Shown: piece by piece, positions 13,642 through 25,489 of the stretch
How positions within the stretch are numbered: the stretch's first letter is position 1
How the letters are laid out: every line of letters begins with the position of its first letter
Origin: Lepidodermella squamata
Taxonomy: Eukaryota; Animalia; Gastrotricha
Length of the DNA stretch: 64,000 nt
Reading direction: 5' to 3'
NCBI GenBank assembly: GCA_047495785.1
Contig: JBLDXI010000019.1
Location: 2,914,001-2,978,000 of the forward strand
The notes under the pieces: model-generated
Seen by the model: only the letters and a program-made list of their open reading frames with translations
Database searches by the model: none
What the model was told of the DNA's origin: nothing
Made by a program: the position numbers and the translations under genes

Positions 13642-15748
13642 ATGGCAGCAAAAAGCGGAGCTGAAAGGACTGCAAAATGGCGTTCTAATCTCAGTCAAAA
13701 ACAAAAGGCGGACATTCGAGAACATGATCGACTGTACCACACCGAAACACGGGCAGCAGAATCGTCTGCTGAGACGGAAAATCGACGCAAGAAGGACAGG
13801 GAGAGTAAAAAAGCTACCTATGATATGAAAAAGGCAGCTAAAACCGAAGTTGTCGATACACCAGTGGTGGAAGAGCCTGATGAAAGCCATGAAGAAAACA
13901 ACGACTCGGCTTATTCGAGTCGGCAGCGATTAGGTCGCGATTATGCAAAACTCTGGAGAGCACTGCCGACAGATCCTTCGAAGCAGCAAGTTCTGGCCAT
14001 GAAGCTAGCTAAGGACCAAGGTCTCGGCAAGCAATTACCTAAGAGGCAATACAAGGGGCGACCGATTACCGAGCAATTGAAGGTATTAATTCAGGAAATA
14101 TATGAAGAACATTCCCGAGTATCGCCAAATCAACGTGACGTTCACAAAAATGGTAAATCGAAAATGTTTATGGACATACCAATTAACGAATTATTTGGTA
14201 TATTCTGCCGCCGCCACGGCGAAAATTTGATTGGCAAAACGAAGTTTCAAAAGCTCAGGCCGGAACATGTTATCACGAATGACAAAATACCGGCTAACGT
14301 CTGCGTTTGCGTCGTTCACGAAAACGTCAGGCTTGTCCTGGAAGAGCTTCATCGCGTTGAAAAAGAGTTCCCGATTTCAACTCATGATCTAGTTGCCCAG
14401 GTAGAAATGCTTTATCATTACCTATTGGATTCGTAACACTAATAATTATTTCGATTTAGATTACCTGTGGATCCGAACTCGAGGAAAATTGTGCAAATGG
14501 GCTTTGTGAGAACTGCGGAATGGGTCGTTTGCTGGACTTGGAAGCACGGCTCTTTCCGGATATCAACGCGAGAATGGCTACCATTGTAAATTTCAGAGAA
14601 TGGAAGGCTGGATCGGAAACATACATTGATAAAACAGGTAAAATTATCTTTGTAAATCCCGCCTTTTCACATGTCATTTTTACCTAGGATGTGAAAAAGG
14701 AACGTCACGCACGAAAAAGACGGAGAAGCAGGTCGCGTTGAATCAACTCATTGAAACTCTGAATGGTAAAATCCCGGAACTGCTACTTCATACGTATATC
14801 AAACGCCGGCAAGCAGCGACTTTCAGTCGCCAAACCAAAAACGTCCCCTTGAACAGCTGTGTAGTGCAAGTGGATTTCGCGGAAAATTACACCATTGCTG
14901 AGCAGGATGAAGTGCAGTCCGCTCATTTCGGCAAAGGTCAAGTAAGGTTTTTGTGAATTAATAGTTTTTATATTATATCTGCTAACTTTTTTTTATAGAT
15001 AACATTGTTTACTGCTGTTGCTTGGCTTCGAAAAAAACGCGACGATGCGGAAACTACTGATCCGGAGACTACGCCGTCATGCTTTGCAGTTGCTTCTGAC
15101 AGGATGGAGCACAATTTCGCCGCCGCATATTGCTTTCTTCTCGAAATCTTGAAGCGTCTGATGTCTGATTGTCCGTCAATTCGCCATGTCGAGGGTTGGA
15201 GCGATGGAGCTGCCAGCCAGTTCAAGCAGCGCTATTTTATTGCCGCGTTGACGCTGATGTCGAAAGAGCTGGGCATTTCTATGCATTGGAATTTCTTCGC
15301 CTCTTACCACGGCAAAGGCGCGGTTGATGGCGTCGGTGGATTGGTGAAGAGCAAAGTTCGATCCAAAGTGTACAGCCGTCAAGCGCTAGTTACGGATGCG
15401 AGAACATTTGCCTCGATTTCTGAAGCTATTGTTGAGAACGTGCAATGCTTCTTTGTCAGCAGCGAAGCAGTGGATCGTTGCGAGCCAGAAGTCGGTGATG
15501 TCTGGGACGGTGAGGAATTAATTCAAAAAGAAGTGAAACAAATTCCCGCCACTCAAAAGCAACATTGCTTTCAAGTCATTTCACCTTATGTGATTAGCTA
15601 CACTTCAATTTCGGACTCAAACGACTCTAAAACTCACGAGTTTCACGAAGAATCAAGTTTGCGACGAAGGCGATTCTCCACGGTCTCGATTGAGAATGAT
15701 GATGATGAAATGGACACGTCCATTTCATCATCATCATTCTCAATATAG
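13642..15748 (+). CDS. Sola2-like DDD/E transposase, join(13642..14400,14460..14637,14688..14941,14999..15748); C-terminus disrupted by a foldback
   Basis: CVCVVHEN, C..GLCENC, VDFAENY...QDEVQSAHF, WSDGAASQFK, FFASYHGKGAVDGVGG; frame-preserving GT-AG introns. Confidence 0.8.
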
Positions 15749-15822
15749 CTATATATATCATTCTCAATATAATTTAATATATAGCAACAACACACGTGTG
15801 TGTTGTTGCTATATATTAAATT
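15689..15822. repeat. Two adjacent perfect hairpins (27-bp arms 15689-15744; 25-bp arms 15771-15822; 2-nt loops)
   Basis: attgagaatgatgatgatgaaatggac-ac-gtccatttcatcatcatcattctcaat and aatttaatatatagcaacaacacac-gt-gtgtgttgttgctatatattaaatt. Confidence 0.95.
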
Positions 15823-17207
15823 CGTATCAATGCTCGTCATCGCTTTTCCATTGGTGATATAATACTTTGCTACACCCTAAAAATTGCTCAATATTAATTT
15901 GAAGGAAACTGTGGTAATTTGTTCAGACTTTTCGCGATCATTTTCGTAACTCTCTCTCTCATATTGATATCCATATTGTTTTGCCATGAAACGTATATGT
16001 GCCTTTTCATCGGAATGTTTCAAATTGTTATAACAACCAAAATATACTTATAGTCGGATATCTCTGTTTGTAGTTTTCAGTCGTGATTTATACTTCAAAG
16101 TTCGCCATTATAATAAAGTGCCACATTGCTGAGAAAACTAACGCCTGTTGTTTTTTTACAATTTAAATTGAATAATTATACTATTTAAAACACAACTTTT
16201 TATTATTGTAAACCGTTAATTTTTCCAGTAGTATTTTCCAGGATTAGGCGCCTGCTTCAGTGTACCTCTCGCGACTTGTTGTTGCCAGAACGATTGACAC
16301 CTGTATACTCCTATTCAAGTGACAAATGTTATGCAGTGACCGGCCATCCTGTTTCGCGAATCATCGTGAATCTGCTGCGCAAAAATTAGGTAGGAACATT
16401 TAATTACCACCATCGATGATCCTTTACTTGATGTTAGTTTGCCATTTTAATTCCTAGGCCTAGCTTAGGCCCAGAAATTTAACTGGGCCTAGTCTAGGCC
16501 CAGTTATAATAGCCTATATCTTACGATGATTTCCTTAGGCCTATGCTAGGCCTGGACCGGGTCTAGGCTCGGTGCACTTAGGCCTATGCTAGGCCTAGGA
16601 GCCTAGTCTAGGCCTAGGAGCCTAGTCTAGGCCTACAGACTTTTGACTGGGTGGTAGAAAATATAGGTTATGAAGGTCACCAAGTCACCAAGCTCTCTGG
16701 ACGACACGAGCGAGCGATCGTGGCTGACGGATGACAGTAATGTCTGACTGTGGAATTTTTCCCGGAAAATCGGAAACATAATCTCCATCGCGCGGTGAGC
16801 CAACGGCCGATATTGACTTGGCATTTAGCCTTATTCGATAGATTGATTCGCCTTATTGATATTGATATTCAATATTCAAGATTAAAAACATTGTATACCT
16901 ATTATTGCTAACATCATTCTCATCATTATCGATGCCATAAATAGATATTGGACTAGACCTCGTTTCAGACAGATTAATTTTATCAGTTTTTTTATTGCAA
17001 CACTTTCAAATGAAAGGCTTTTTTTAAGCCACGTGACGCATTATTGGAATTCGATAACCCCTACCACCACCTACTCAATCATCGCAGGTGCGTTATAATG
17101 CTGAATAATAAATAGCGAACCAATATAAACTTCGTGTGGCCGAACTATTCCCAGTCACCACAACAGTACTGTAATAAGGTGTATTTTTGAAAGGTTTAGC
17201 CTCAAAC

Positions 17208-20200
17208 ATGAGCTTATTACCGGAGATCACCAAAGCAATCGAAGCGTGTCGAAAATTCGGCTTCAACGCAGCGTCAACAGCAAGAAAAATGCTAGACCCA
17301 AAATTGCATCCCGAAAATCGTGAATCGATCCAAAGAATTTTCAGCTCGAGTTTTCTGACCAAAATCACGGAAAATACCAACGAAGCCATCGAATTATTTT
17401 GCGACAAAATGCTCGAAACAAAAGATCTCGAGGGATTCCTATTATTCCTGATAAATTCAGACCGACTGCTAATCGATCATCTACTGACTACGAATTTTTC
17501 AATCTCATACTGCGAAAAATCTGAGCGAATCGCCGAAATTCGATTTTCGATAATTTGTTCGATTTATAGCGATCTGAATGTTTTTTCTTGCCCTGACTAC
17601 ATCAACAGTTCGCCACAAAAAGGCAGGATTTATCACGACTCAACCCTGGCGAAAATCAAGAATTACATGCCTCGGACTGGTGATGCTCTCCTTCAAGCAG
17701 AATTCCTGGGACTATGTTCCAGAAATTCAAAGCATAACTGTCTAGTTTTACACGGTCATTCAGGCCTTGGAAAAACCATGGCTGCCACACATGCCGTAGT
17801 TCTGAATGAGCCTCTACTCAAGTCTTGCGGCATCACTACAATCGCATGGCTGAACTGCTCAATTTTCCCGGCTAATAGCAGAAACTATTTAACCAGGAAT
17901 GCATTTTTTGAACATTTGGCCAGGATTTTCAGCTTGAAATACCAATATGGTGACGTGCATGAAGTCGACTACGTCGTTCGATGGTTCCTGCGCGTCTATT
18001 CAGCACCGAACCGGAAAATTTTGCTGGTCCTCGACAACATCAGCCATCCTTTTATCCTCAAATTAGCGGCGAATATCTGCGAAAATGTCCATGTTTTGGC
18101 GACGAGTAGAAATTCGACTTTTAAAACTTTTCATGATTTCAATGAAATTCAAATCATGCATATGGCCGATGAACGTATTGCCGAACTTGCCAATCTGGAA
18201 CAGCCAGAGTTATGTTTGGGATCGCCTTTCGTAGCTTCAGTTGTCGGTTCCAGAATCCTAGAGCCAGCTTGTGAAAACGTTGCTTACAGCTCAAATTGGA
18301 CACATTACGAGATCGACTGCCTAAAATTGCTGAAACTCGTCTTCGATGAGCTGTCTGCAGCTGACAAGGAGCTTTATATTGCTTTCCTCATCTACCTGCC
18401 GGAGATCCCCCTCGAGCCTGAGGATCTAGCTATTTTATGGAATTTCGAAGATTTGAACAAGGTCAGGAAGCAGATCACAATTTTCTTGGAGAAATCACTG
18501 GTCAAAGAAACAGACGAATCAAACTTCGCGATTCATCCAATGCTTTTCGATATAGCTTATCGATTTGCTGTTAATTCGTACGGCCTTGATCCTTACTCGG
18601 CTGTCATCGACGTTAGACGATACATATTGTTGGAGAATCGCGAATGGTTTGAAAAAATTGTGACAAACAAAAGAGTGCAACTTCTCGAAGCTATTGTCGA
18701 ACATTTTCTTAGTGAAGAATGTTATTCCTTGGGAGCTAAAGAGGTTCTGCTCGAATATTTCTTTCCCAATGAGGAGAGTACTCCTCTTACGATCCTTATC
18801 GATTGTAAGCTGGAGAAGCGATTCGACAAAGCTGAGAATTTTGCACTGGTAGCGCTTGGGAGGATTCTGCAAAATTTGCTCGAGGGTGATAATGAGCCGC
18901 GAGACTATCCTGGAATCACGTTACAACGATGCAAAAGTACTGGATTATGGGCTAAAATGTTGGAAACTGTCGAGAATGGGCGATTTTGGTACGAAAACAT
19001 CATGCTAACAGCTGCTGTGCTTGGCTACGATGACTTGGCGATGACATTTCTCGACGATGAAGATTTCTTCAGCCATGTCCATGTGATTGATAGCAACGGC
19101 GAGAATATGTTGATGAAAGCGGTTCGCGGCGGTTGTCCCAGGGTGGCTAGGGCGATTCCGCAGTCGTACGACGCTGTTGACGATAAGGTCTACAACCAGG
19201 TGAATAAAAATGGCGAAACTTCGATGATGATTGCGATAGCGAGTGATTATCCTTCCTGGGCTGCTATTCTGATGAAAACTGAGAAATGTGACTTGGCAAT
19301 GGAGACGACGCCCAAGTTCGATAGACAGCGATCAGTTGGGGCACATTGCCTGTGGCGAACCAGGTAGGTTTGATGGGAAGGAATTCAGCTATATTTGTGT
19401 CCCATTCTCTCTTTTATACTTCTGATTTCAGATTAGTAAGATGCACCTTGAGTATCGATCTCATTGATTGAATTTGTATGATTGATTTCTTTGAATGGCG
19501 GATGATGGATAAACTCGGATCATCATTATAGGGCGACTTTGCAGTCACATGACTAAGGTCAAAGGCCTTCTATTTTTTTCTGGTCTGTGGCGCGGTCGCG
19601 CAGTCGTTGTGGCGTAGTGGATCAAAAACATGGCTTTTTATTCCAACATCATTAGTTCGACTCCTGGTGGTGCATCGTTTTTTTTTACTCTCATTTTTAA
19701 GTAAGCATTTTTTTACACGACCGCCCGACCACAACGACTGCGCGACCGCGCGACCAAGACCAGAAAAAAATAGAAGGACTTTGACCTTAGTCATGTGACT
19801 GCAAAGTCGCCCTATAATGATAGGGAATAATTCTACCTCAAGAGTACTTCTTTTAAAATTTAGCTACACTTGATTGGACCTTGAATTAAAAATTGAAGCA
19901 TTTTCTTCCTTTCAGACATCAAGTTAAACATGACCTGATGGATGAGCTTTCCAAAGTCGCACACCTGGAACCAGATGAAATCGAGTATCTCGACGTCATT
20001 AAACCAGCAACTGAATCGGGCGGCAGTGGAAATCTCGAAATATGCGAAGACATTAACGACCTCCTGTTACGCAGCTTATTCGGCAACGAAGTTACGTCGA
20101 ATCTTCCGCAGAGCTCACGACATCTCATGAAACAAATCTACAACTACAACCATACCAAAGAACTCGATTTAGACTCCCAGGAAGTCAGCCTGAGAGATTT

Positions 20201-21047
20201 GTCGTTAGGTCTTCTTCTCGCTTGTTATATTGGCAGTGAAGCTGCAGAAAACCTTATCAAAAGAGGGGCAAATGTTGACGTGAGGAATCAAGTTTCCCCG
20301 ACCAGAACGGCTTTAATGGAAGCTACAAGAAATGGCAACCAGGCTGCAGTGAAAACTCTCCTTGAAAACGGGGCAGATGTCCATGCTAGGGACGCCCATG
20401 CCCTGACTGCCATTTACTACGCTGCTGGACATGACAGAGAAGTAATAATGAAGCTTCTCATAGAATACGGCACGAATGTTGAAGATAGGAATGAATTTGG
20501 CGAACCCATTCTCAAAATTGCTGCAAAATTTGGATCCGTTAAGTGTACAAAACTTCTGTTGGACATCGGGGTTGATGTTGATTCTCCGGACGAAGATCAC
20601 ATGACGGCGTTGACGGAAGCCTGCTATGAAGGTTTCGACGAAATAGTTGCCATGCTGATCGCATCAGGAGCGAAAATTGATATCAAGGACGATTCAGGCT
20701 GGACTTCTCTCATGCGCGCTGCTACGACCTGTCATCCTAAAGTTGTTGCCATGATTTTGGACCATCCTATAGGTGCTAAAACGATTGACTGGATGAACGA
20801 AAATGGCAATACATCTTTGATGTTGGCTATTAAATATTTGAGTGATCATGAAACGATCCAGTTGCTGCTGGACCATGGCGCTAGGTTGGATTTGCGGAAT
20901 CCAAAGACAAACCGTACTGTTTTAGATGACGCATTCGACGAGTTTGCGGGTGAAACTCACCCGTCCTATGCTCTTTTGCTCGGCTATCGGCCCCCAATAT
21001 GGCGCCGCTTTTGCGGATTTTTTGTGTTGGAACTGCTGGATTGGTAA
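17208..21047 (+). CDS. STAND/NLR-like protein copy 1: N-terminal death-fold(CARD)-like domain, NB-ARC, winged helix, ankyrin repeats; join(17208..19363,19916..21047)
   Basis: Walker A GHSGLGKT, Walker B ILLVLDNI, VLATSR, GSPF (GxP), LWN..FLEKSLV..IHP; ankyrin units TALMEA/TAIYYAA/TALTEAC/TSLMRAA/TSLMLA; phase-2 intron joins the two long ORFs. Confidence 0.88.
19522..19821. mobile_element. 300-bp foldback MITE in the intron of STAND copy 1 (superfamily undetermined)
   Basis: ~90-bp imperfect IRs atcattatagggcgactttgcagtcacatgactaaggtcaaag...; absent from the equivalent intron of copy 2 (241 vs 552 nt). Confidence 0.85.
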
Positions 21048-21710
21048 ATAAAAAATCCGATTTTACTGTCCCAACTTGACAGTATTTCATTTATGGGATA
21101 TGCTAAACTCACTAAATACTCATCTAATATTCTAATTTCCTTAATTTTACTTGAGAGCCATCAAAATTATCATATCAGCTTCGCTAGCTTATCACTTAAT
21201 ACCAAGTACCATCAATACTCTTTGTAATAAATATTGGTTCTTGGATCTTAATCTTTGTATGGAGTTAGGCTGGTCATTCGATGTTCAGTTCTGTGTTCAG
21301 TATCTTAAAGCCTTTCGGACTGAATCGTTCAGTTAGAATATATTCGGTTTCCCGAACATTGCGGTTTGTATTTAATTGTTCTGCCCTCGATATAACAGTC
21401 TTTTTCTTGTTCTTATTCTTGATTCTATTCAGTCAAGTTTTAGATGTGCTAACCTGCACAAACCTATAAGTGAGTTGGCGTCCCTAAAGCTGGGGCGCGA
21501 CAAAACGCAAGGGTGTTGCCTGGACAACGCGACAACGCGACCAGTTGGAGGCAAGTAGGCAATAATAATAATAAATCGCCCGCCCACACAAGATACAATG
21601 CCAATCACGCAAAAACCAGGGTTTATTCGGACTCGATACTAGGTGTATAGGCTTTAATTTTATTTATTCGCGCGAGAACAAAACCGCCGTGAAATTGTAA
21701 AGTAGCCCTT

Positions 21711-23426
21711 TTACAAATCTCGGCAAAGTAAGGATGCGTGGAAGGTAGTCAGCCCAACCATTATAGTAATAACTCGAGCGTAATGAAGTCCCAAAATGCT
21801 GACTGAGACTGATTCAGAGACGAATAAAATCGACGAAATATCGACTAAGACCAAGCCTATCAATCCAAAGGTCTGACTGATCGGCATAGCTCGAAAGGTT
21901 TGACCGAATCCTAACCAAAGGTTCAGATACAGTATTGACATGATTTTAGCAGCTATCAGCTGCGAAGTTATGAGATAAATCACAATTTTTAAGATCAAAT
22001 GGGTGTCTAAGGTTTCGTTTTCAATAAAACCTCGATCTCGAACCGGCAGCCCATCATTAGTCCACCAATCAATGTCGTTCAGCTTGGTGAACAAATAGGG
22101 TGAGTAATCTTTACTCGTGCTTCCATTAAGCCCTTGCTCTAAGGAATAAATCAGCTGAAGTTTCTTTTCGGTCGTGTTCCATTGAAGGGCTACATATTTC
22201 TGCCCAGTCGCCATAGAAACCGGGTTGTACCTGAATTGAGCGCTATTGCGTAATCCAAAATAGTTGACCTGGCTTGCAGTTCGATTTGCGACTTCAACAA
22301 CTTGAGACGTGTTTCTCCAGATATCAGTTAGGGACAAACCTTGTTTTCTGAGGTTTTTCTCAGCTTGGTCAAGAGTAATCAAAGCTTGAAGCTCAGCATC
22401 ATGACCACGATATCTTGCGTCATAATCCGGGTACCTTGTTTTGTTCAATGCTCTGTCCAACATCGCCTCGATGTCGTTGTAGGTAAATCCTAGACTAGAA
22501 GGGTCATCAGCTTTATCCGTGTATTCCATGTCTCCGAATACGAAACTTATCTTGAATTGAGTTAGGATCATCTCTTTTGTGCAACCTTCGTAGATCACAT
22601 CCGGTAGAATAGCTGGATCGACAATGTTTGAAAATGACTGAATCAAGACATATTTTGGTCCTATGAGCCGATGCTTGTAAGTTTGGCACAAAAACTGCCA
22701 TCTTAAGCGGAGAACGGCACTTCCCATGATGATAACTCTAATGTCGGCTTTTTTGATGTTTCTAAACAAGTCATCGTCCATGTAGTCGTTTGAAGCTTCG
22801 AATGATACTGTAACACCACCATTAGTCAGGAAATTGTTGAGATATTGAGCGTTTTGATAGTCGCTTGCAGTATTTGCGAGTATTGAAACTCGGCGCCATT
22901 GTCCGATGTCCATTATGAACCTAGCTCTACCGTAGGATTGCTGTAATTGAGGAGCTCGGATCATGTAAAAATTTGGGTATCTTCGTTTGTCGAGGTACTG
23001 CTCCTGGCTACAGCCTGGAGATATTGAAATGTACTGAAAATGGTGCACCATGGGGCCTAGCAACTGGCACGCAGTTTGAGGGCCGACTAAAATCGGGGAT
23101 CGGTAAAACTGAGCTTTAGCAGGCTTTGTAGCGTATAGATCAGCGAACTGAGAGTCATAATTTAGGAAATTCGAAATTCCTTTGGCACCCGTGCCATCGT
23201 CTATGAAGGTCATTTCCAGGAAATAGTCGGGTAGAATGTCGCTACGGTTATTGACCAGATCGACAACAATTCTCCAAATGGCTCGATAGGTTTTGTAGTC
23301 ATTCGGGGGGTTCTCTCCTGTCTCAGTCGCAACGTGTAGCAGCTTAAGTCTGGGTTTGTCTTCCTTGACGGTCCAGGCAGATGCGATTAAGATACGAAAC
23401 AGTAAAACTAGTATAAATCTTGTCAT
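21711..23426 (-). CDS. Class C GPCR (GABA-B-like), truncated after TM3; intronless
   Basis: Signal peptide, Venus-flytrap motifs (VNNRSDILPDY, RYPNFY, WRRVSIL, DIRVII, IGPKYV), three TM segments; 21 differences in 571 aa from the 801-aa paralog. Confidence 0.8.
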   Translation of the reverse strand: MTRFILVLLFRILIASAWTVKEDKPRLKLLHVATETGENPPNDYKTYRAIWRIVVDLVNNRSDILPDYFLEMTFIDDGTGAKGISNFLNYDSQFADLYATKPAKAQFYRSPILVGPQTACQLLGPMVHHFQYISISPGCSQEQYLDKRRYPNFYMIRAPQLQQSYGRARFIMDIGQWRRVSILANTASDYQNAQYLNNFLTNGGVTVSFEASNDYMDDDLFRNIKKADIRVIIMGSAVLRLRWQFLCQTYKHRLIGPKYVLIQSFSNIVDPAILPDVIYEGCTKEMILTQFKISFVFGDMEYTDKADDPSSLGFTYNDIEAMLDRALNKTRYPDYDARYRGHDAELQALITLDQAEKNLRKQGLSLTDIWRNTSQVVEVANRTASQVNYFGLRNSAQFRYNPVSMATGQKYVALQWNTTEKKLQLIYSLEQGLNGSTSKDYSPYLFTKLNDIDWWTNDGLPVRDRGFIENETLDTHLILKIVIYLITSQLIAAKIMSILYLNLWLGFGQTFRAMPISQTFGLIGLVLVDISSILFVSESVSVSILGLHYARVITIMVGLTTFHASLLCRDL

Positions 23427-24107
23427 TTCCCAGATCTCGTTCTACGGATACAATGAATGAGAGACCCCACTAGCCTGCGATCCATCATTCAAATAGAACC
23501 GTCTAGCGCTCATTACTTTCAAGTGCGAGTGAAAGTTAGACGGAACGAAGCTAATTTCAGGTGCCTAATCAATAATGCTCACGACACTATAGGAAGTTTG
23601 TCGTCATCCCGAAAGCTGCGTGGCTATTTTGTTAAGGAATTAAATTGAAAAGCATAATTGCTCGATAAAAACGTGGATAAAGTCGTTGTTCAAACTGATA
23701 GGAAAAATATCATTTTTATTGGAGGCTCCCCTGCGGCGTTGTTGCTCCCTGGTTTTATCACTAGCGTCAAAGAGGAAAAAACGCAAGTTCGATTTCACCA
23801 TAGATAATAAAAAAGATAGATCTGACACTGTAGTACTTTCATGTGCGTGTGTCGAAATCATTCATCGAGAGTTTGCTTTCTCGGTCACGTGTACAGCTTT
23901 TCCTTTGACAAGTGATCTAGGGCTTCTATTTTATCTCAAATGACCTGTCCTCAAATTTCGACGGGAAAATAGGGTCCAATTTCCGGCTCGGTGCTCATCA
24001 ATTCAAATTTCCAGCCACTTGTCACTTGTCAGATACGTTGATTTGGCCATACTTTTTATAGAAAATTTGTCGAAGGAAAAACTGGTCAATGAATTGTTAA
24101 GTTTCAG

Positions 24108-25254
24108 CAGGGTGCGAAGTACAGGGGTGCTGGGGTGTCGCGACACCCCAGCTCGGTCCGGCGGGAGAAAATTTCAAAATTTAATTGTAGTTATGAAATC
24201 CATTATAGAACCAAAGTAATTAGAAAACACTCATTGTGAGGACGATGGATGCCGAGTTTTTAAGCATTTTCCGGCTATTCCTGACACTAAAATCGCCAAA
24301 AATATCGTCAGCTAAAGCTCGCTGCGCTCGCCTTCGGGTTTTGAGGTTGTATAGGAGATTATGCAACGGTGGCTAATTCAAGGTTCGACTATCGACCCTA
24401 CTAGTAGTTGCATAGAAACCATTTTTTGAACAATATGCTCCGCATCATCTCATTTATATAATTGCCTTGCCATTTTTTTGAGATTTCAGACCCTCCTTCG
24501 GGGTGAATTTAAAAAAAAATTTCCCGCTTCGCTCGTATGTGTGGCCTAAATTACTGGCAATGTTCAGATATGTAGCACTTTTTTCTCAATCCTGCCAGTT
24601 CCAGCATTGTTTATTAGCATCTTGAATAGATTGATACCGAAATGGAATTTGTCTTTCTCAATTTTTGGATTTCGAGCTTGAAAGATAGCAGATAATTTTC
24701 AGGGCTGAAGGCCGATAAAAGGGAATAATAAAATGGCGTGACCGGATAAAGGTCGGATTTTATCTGCGGCCGGATAAGTTGCTTGCCAGCCGTCAAAATG
24801 GCAAGCGGTAAAAACGTTTGTTTTAGAAATCCAGCATTGCAAATGGATCTGGCGCAATCTATGACTAAGAAGATTGCCGCGTCTAGCCAGCTTTTCAAAT
24901 ATGTTTCCAAAAACGGCAAATTTGACATTTTTCTTAGTTTCGAGAATTTGAGAAGTGGCGTAAGAGCTCTTATTTGAGCCAAATAACGATGTGACAATAG
25001 GAAGAAAACGGAGCGAACTAAAATAAAAGTAACGACTGTAAATAGTCAATTTTAGGAGGGTTTGGAATCCTTTTTTACCGAAAAAAATCGAAAAATTTCT
25101 CGCTTCGCTCGCTACATGGGTTAGAATCATAGCCAATTTTCCCCCATGCCGAGTAAAGTTACTGATTTCGCGAACGAGCGTAGCGAGCGAGCGCAATTTT
25201 TGTGTTGCTCAATATTAGGAGCACACCAGCTCGAAAATCCTACTTCGCACACTG
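24108..25254. mobile_element. Non-autonomous hAT-type element (1147 bp)
   Basis: TIR CAGGGTGCGAAGTA / TACTTCGCACACTG; 8-bp TSD AGTTTCAG (24100-24107, 25255-25262); internal CGCTTCGCTCG-type repeats. Confidence 0.88.
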
Positions 25255-25489
25255 AGTTTCAGGGTAACGCCGTATAATCAGAGATGTAATTTTCTTCACT
25301 TTCAAGTTGTACAATAATTTTGTTGAAATACAAAATTTTCTGAATTATTTCTATTATCTAATAGCAAGTATGCTCCTTCGACCAACGGAATGCCGTATTG
25401 ACTGCAGAAAATACTCCTTCGATTGAAGAGTTGTTAACTTTTGGAATAGTTTAATATCGAACATATAAATTGCAGCTCATCAAAGTCAC

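Larger units (their letters stand above)
12580..16229. mobile_element. Sola2-like DNA transposon segment nested in the EnSpm element, bounded by 433-bp inverted repeats (12580-13012 / 15797-16229)
   Basis: Arms appear identical where compared; transposase lies between them; no TSD or canonical GRG terminus seen at the outer ends. Confidence 0.65.
4166..16651. mobile_element. CMC-EnSpm (CACTA-superfamily) DNA transposon, 12486 bp including nested insertions
   Basis: Perfect 32-bp TIR CCCAGTCAAAAGTCTGTAGGCCTAGACTAGGC (4166-4197 / 16620-16651); 2-bp TSD TG (4164-4165, 16652-16653); many subterminal TAGGCCTA palindromes at both ends; EnSpm-type transposase inside. Confidence 0.93.

Noticed and set aside
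13009-15748. Transib/RAG-like transposon because of CACAGTG
   Set aside because: The encoded transposase has DFAENY/SDG/HGKG motifs rather than RAG1/Transib core motifs, and no matching right end is present.
24614-25196. 127-aa and 165-aa ORFs
   Set aside because: They lie inside a non-autonomous hAT element and show no recognisable motifs.
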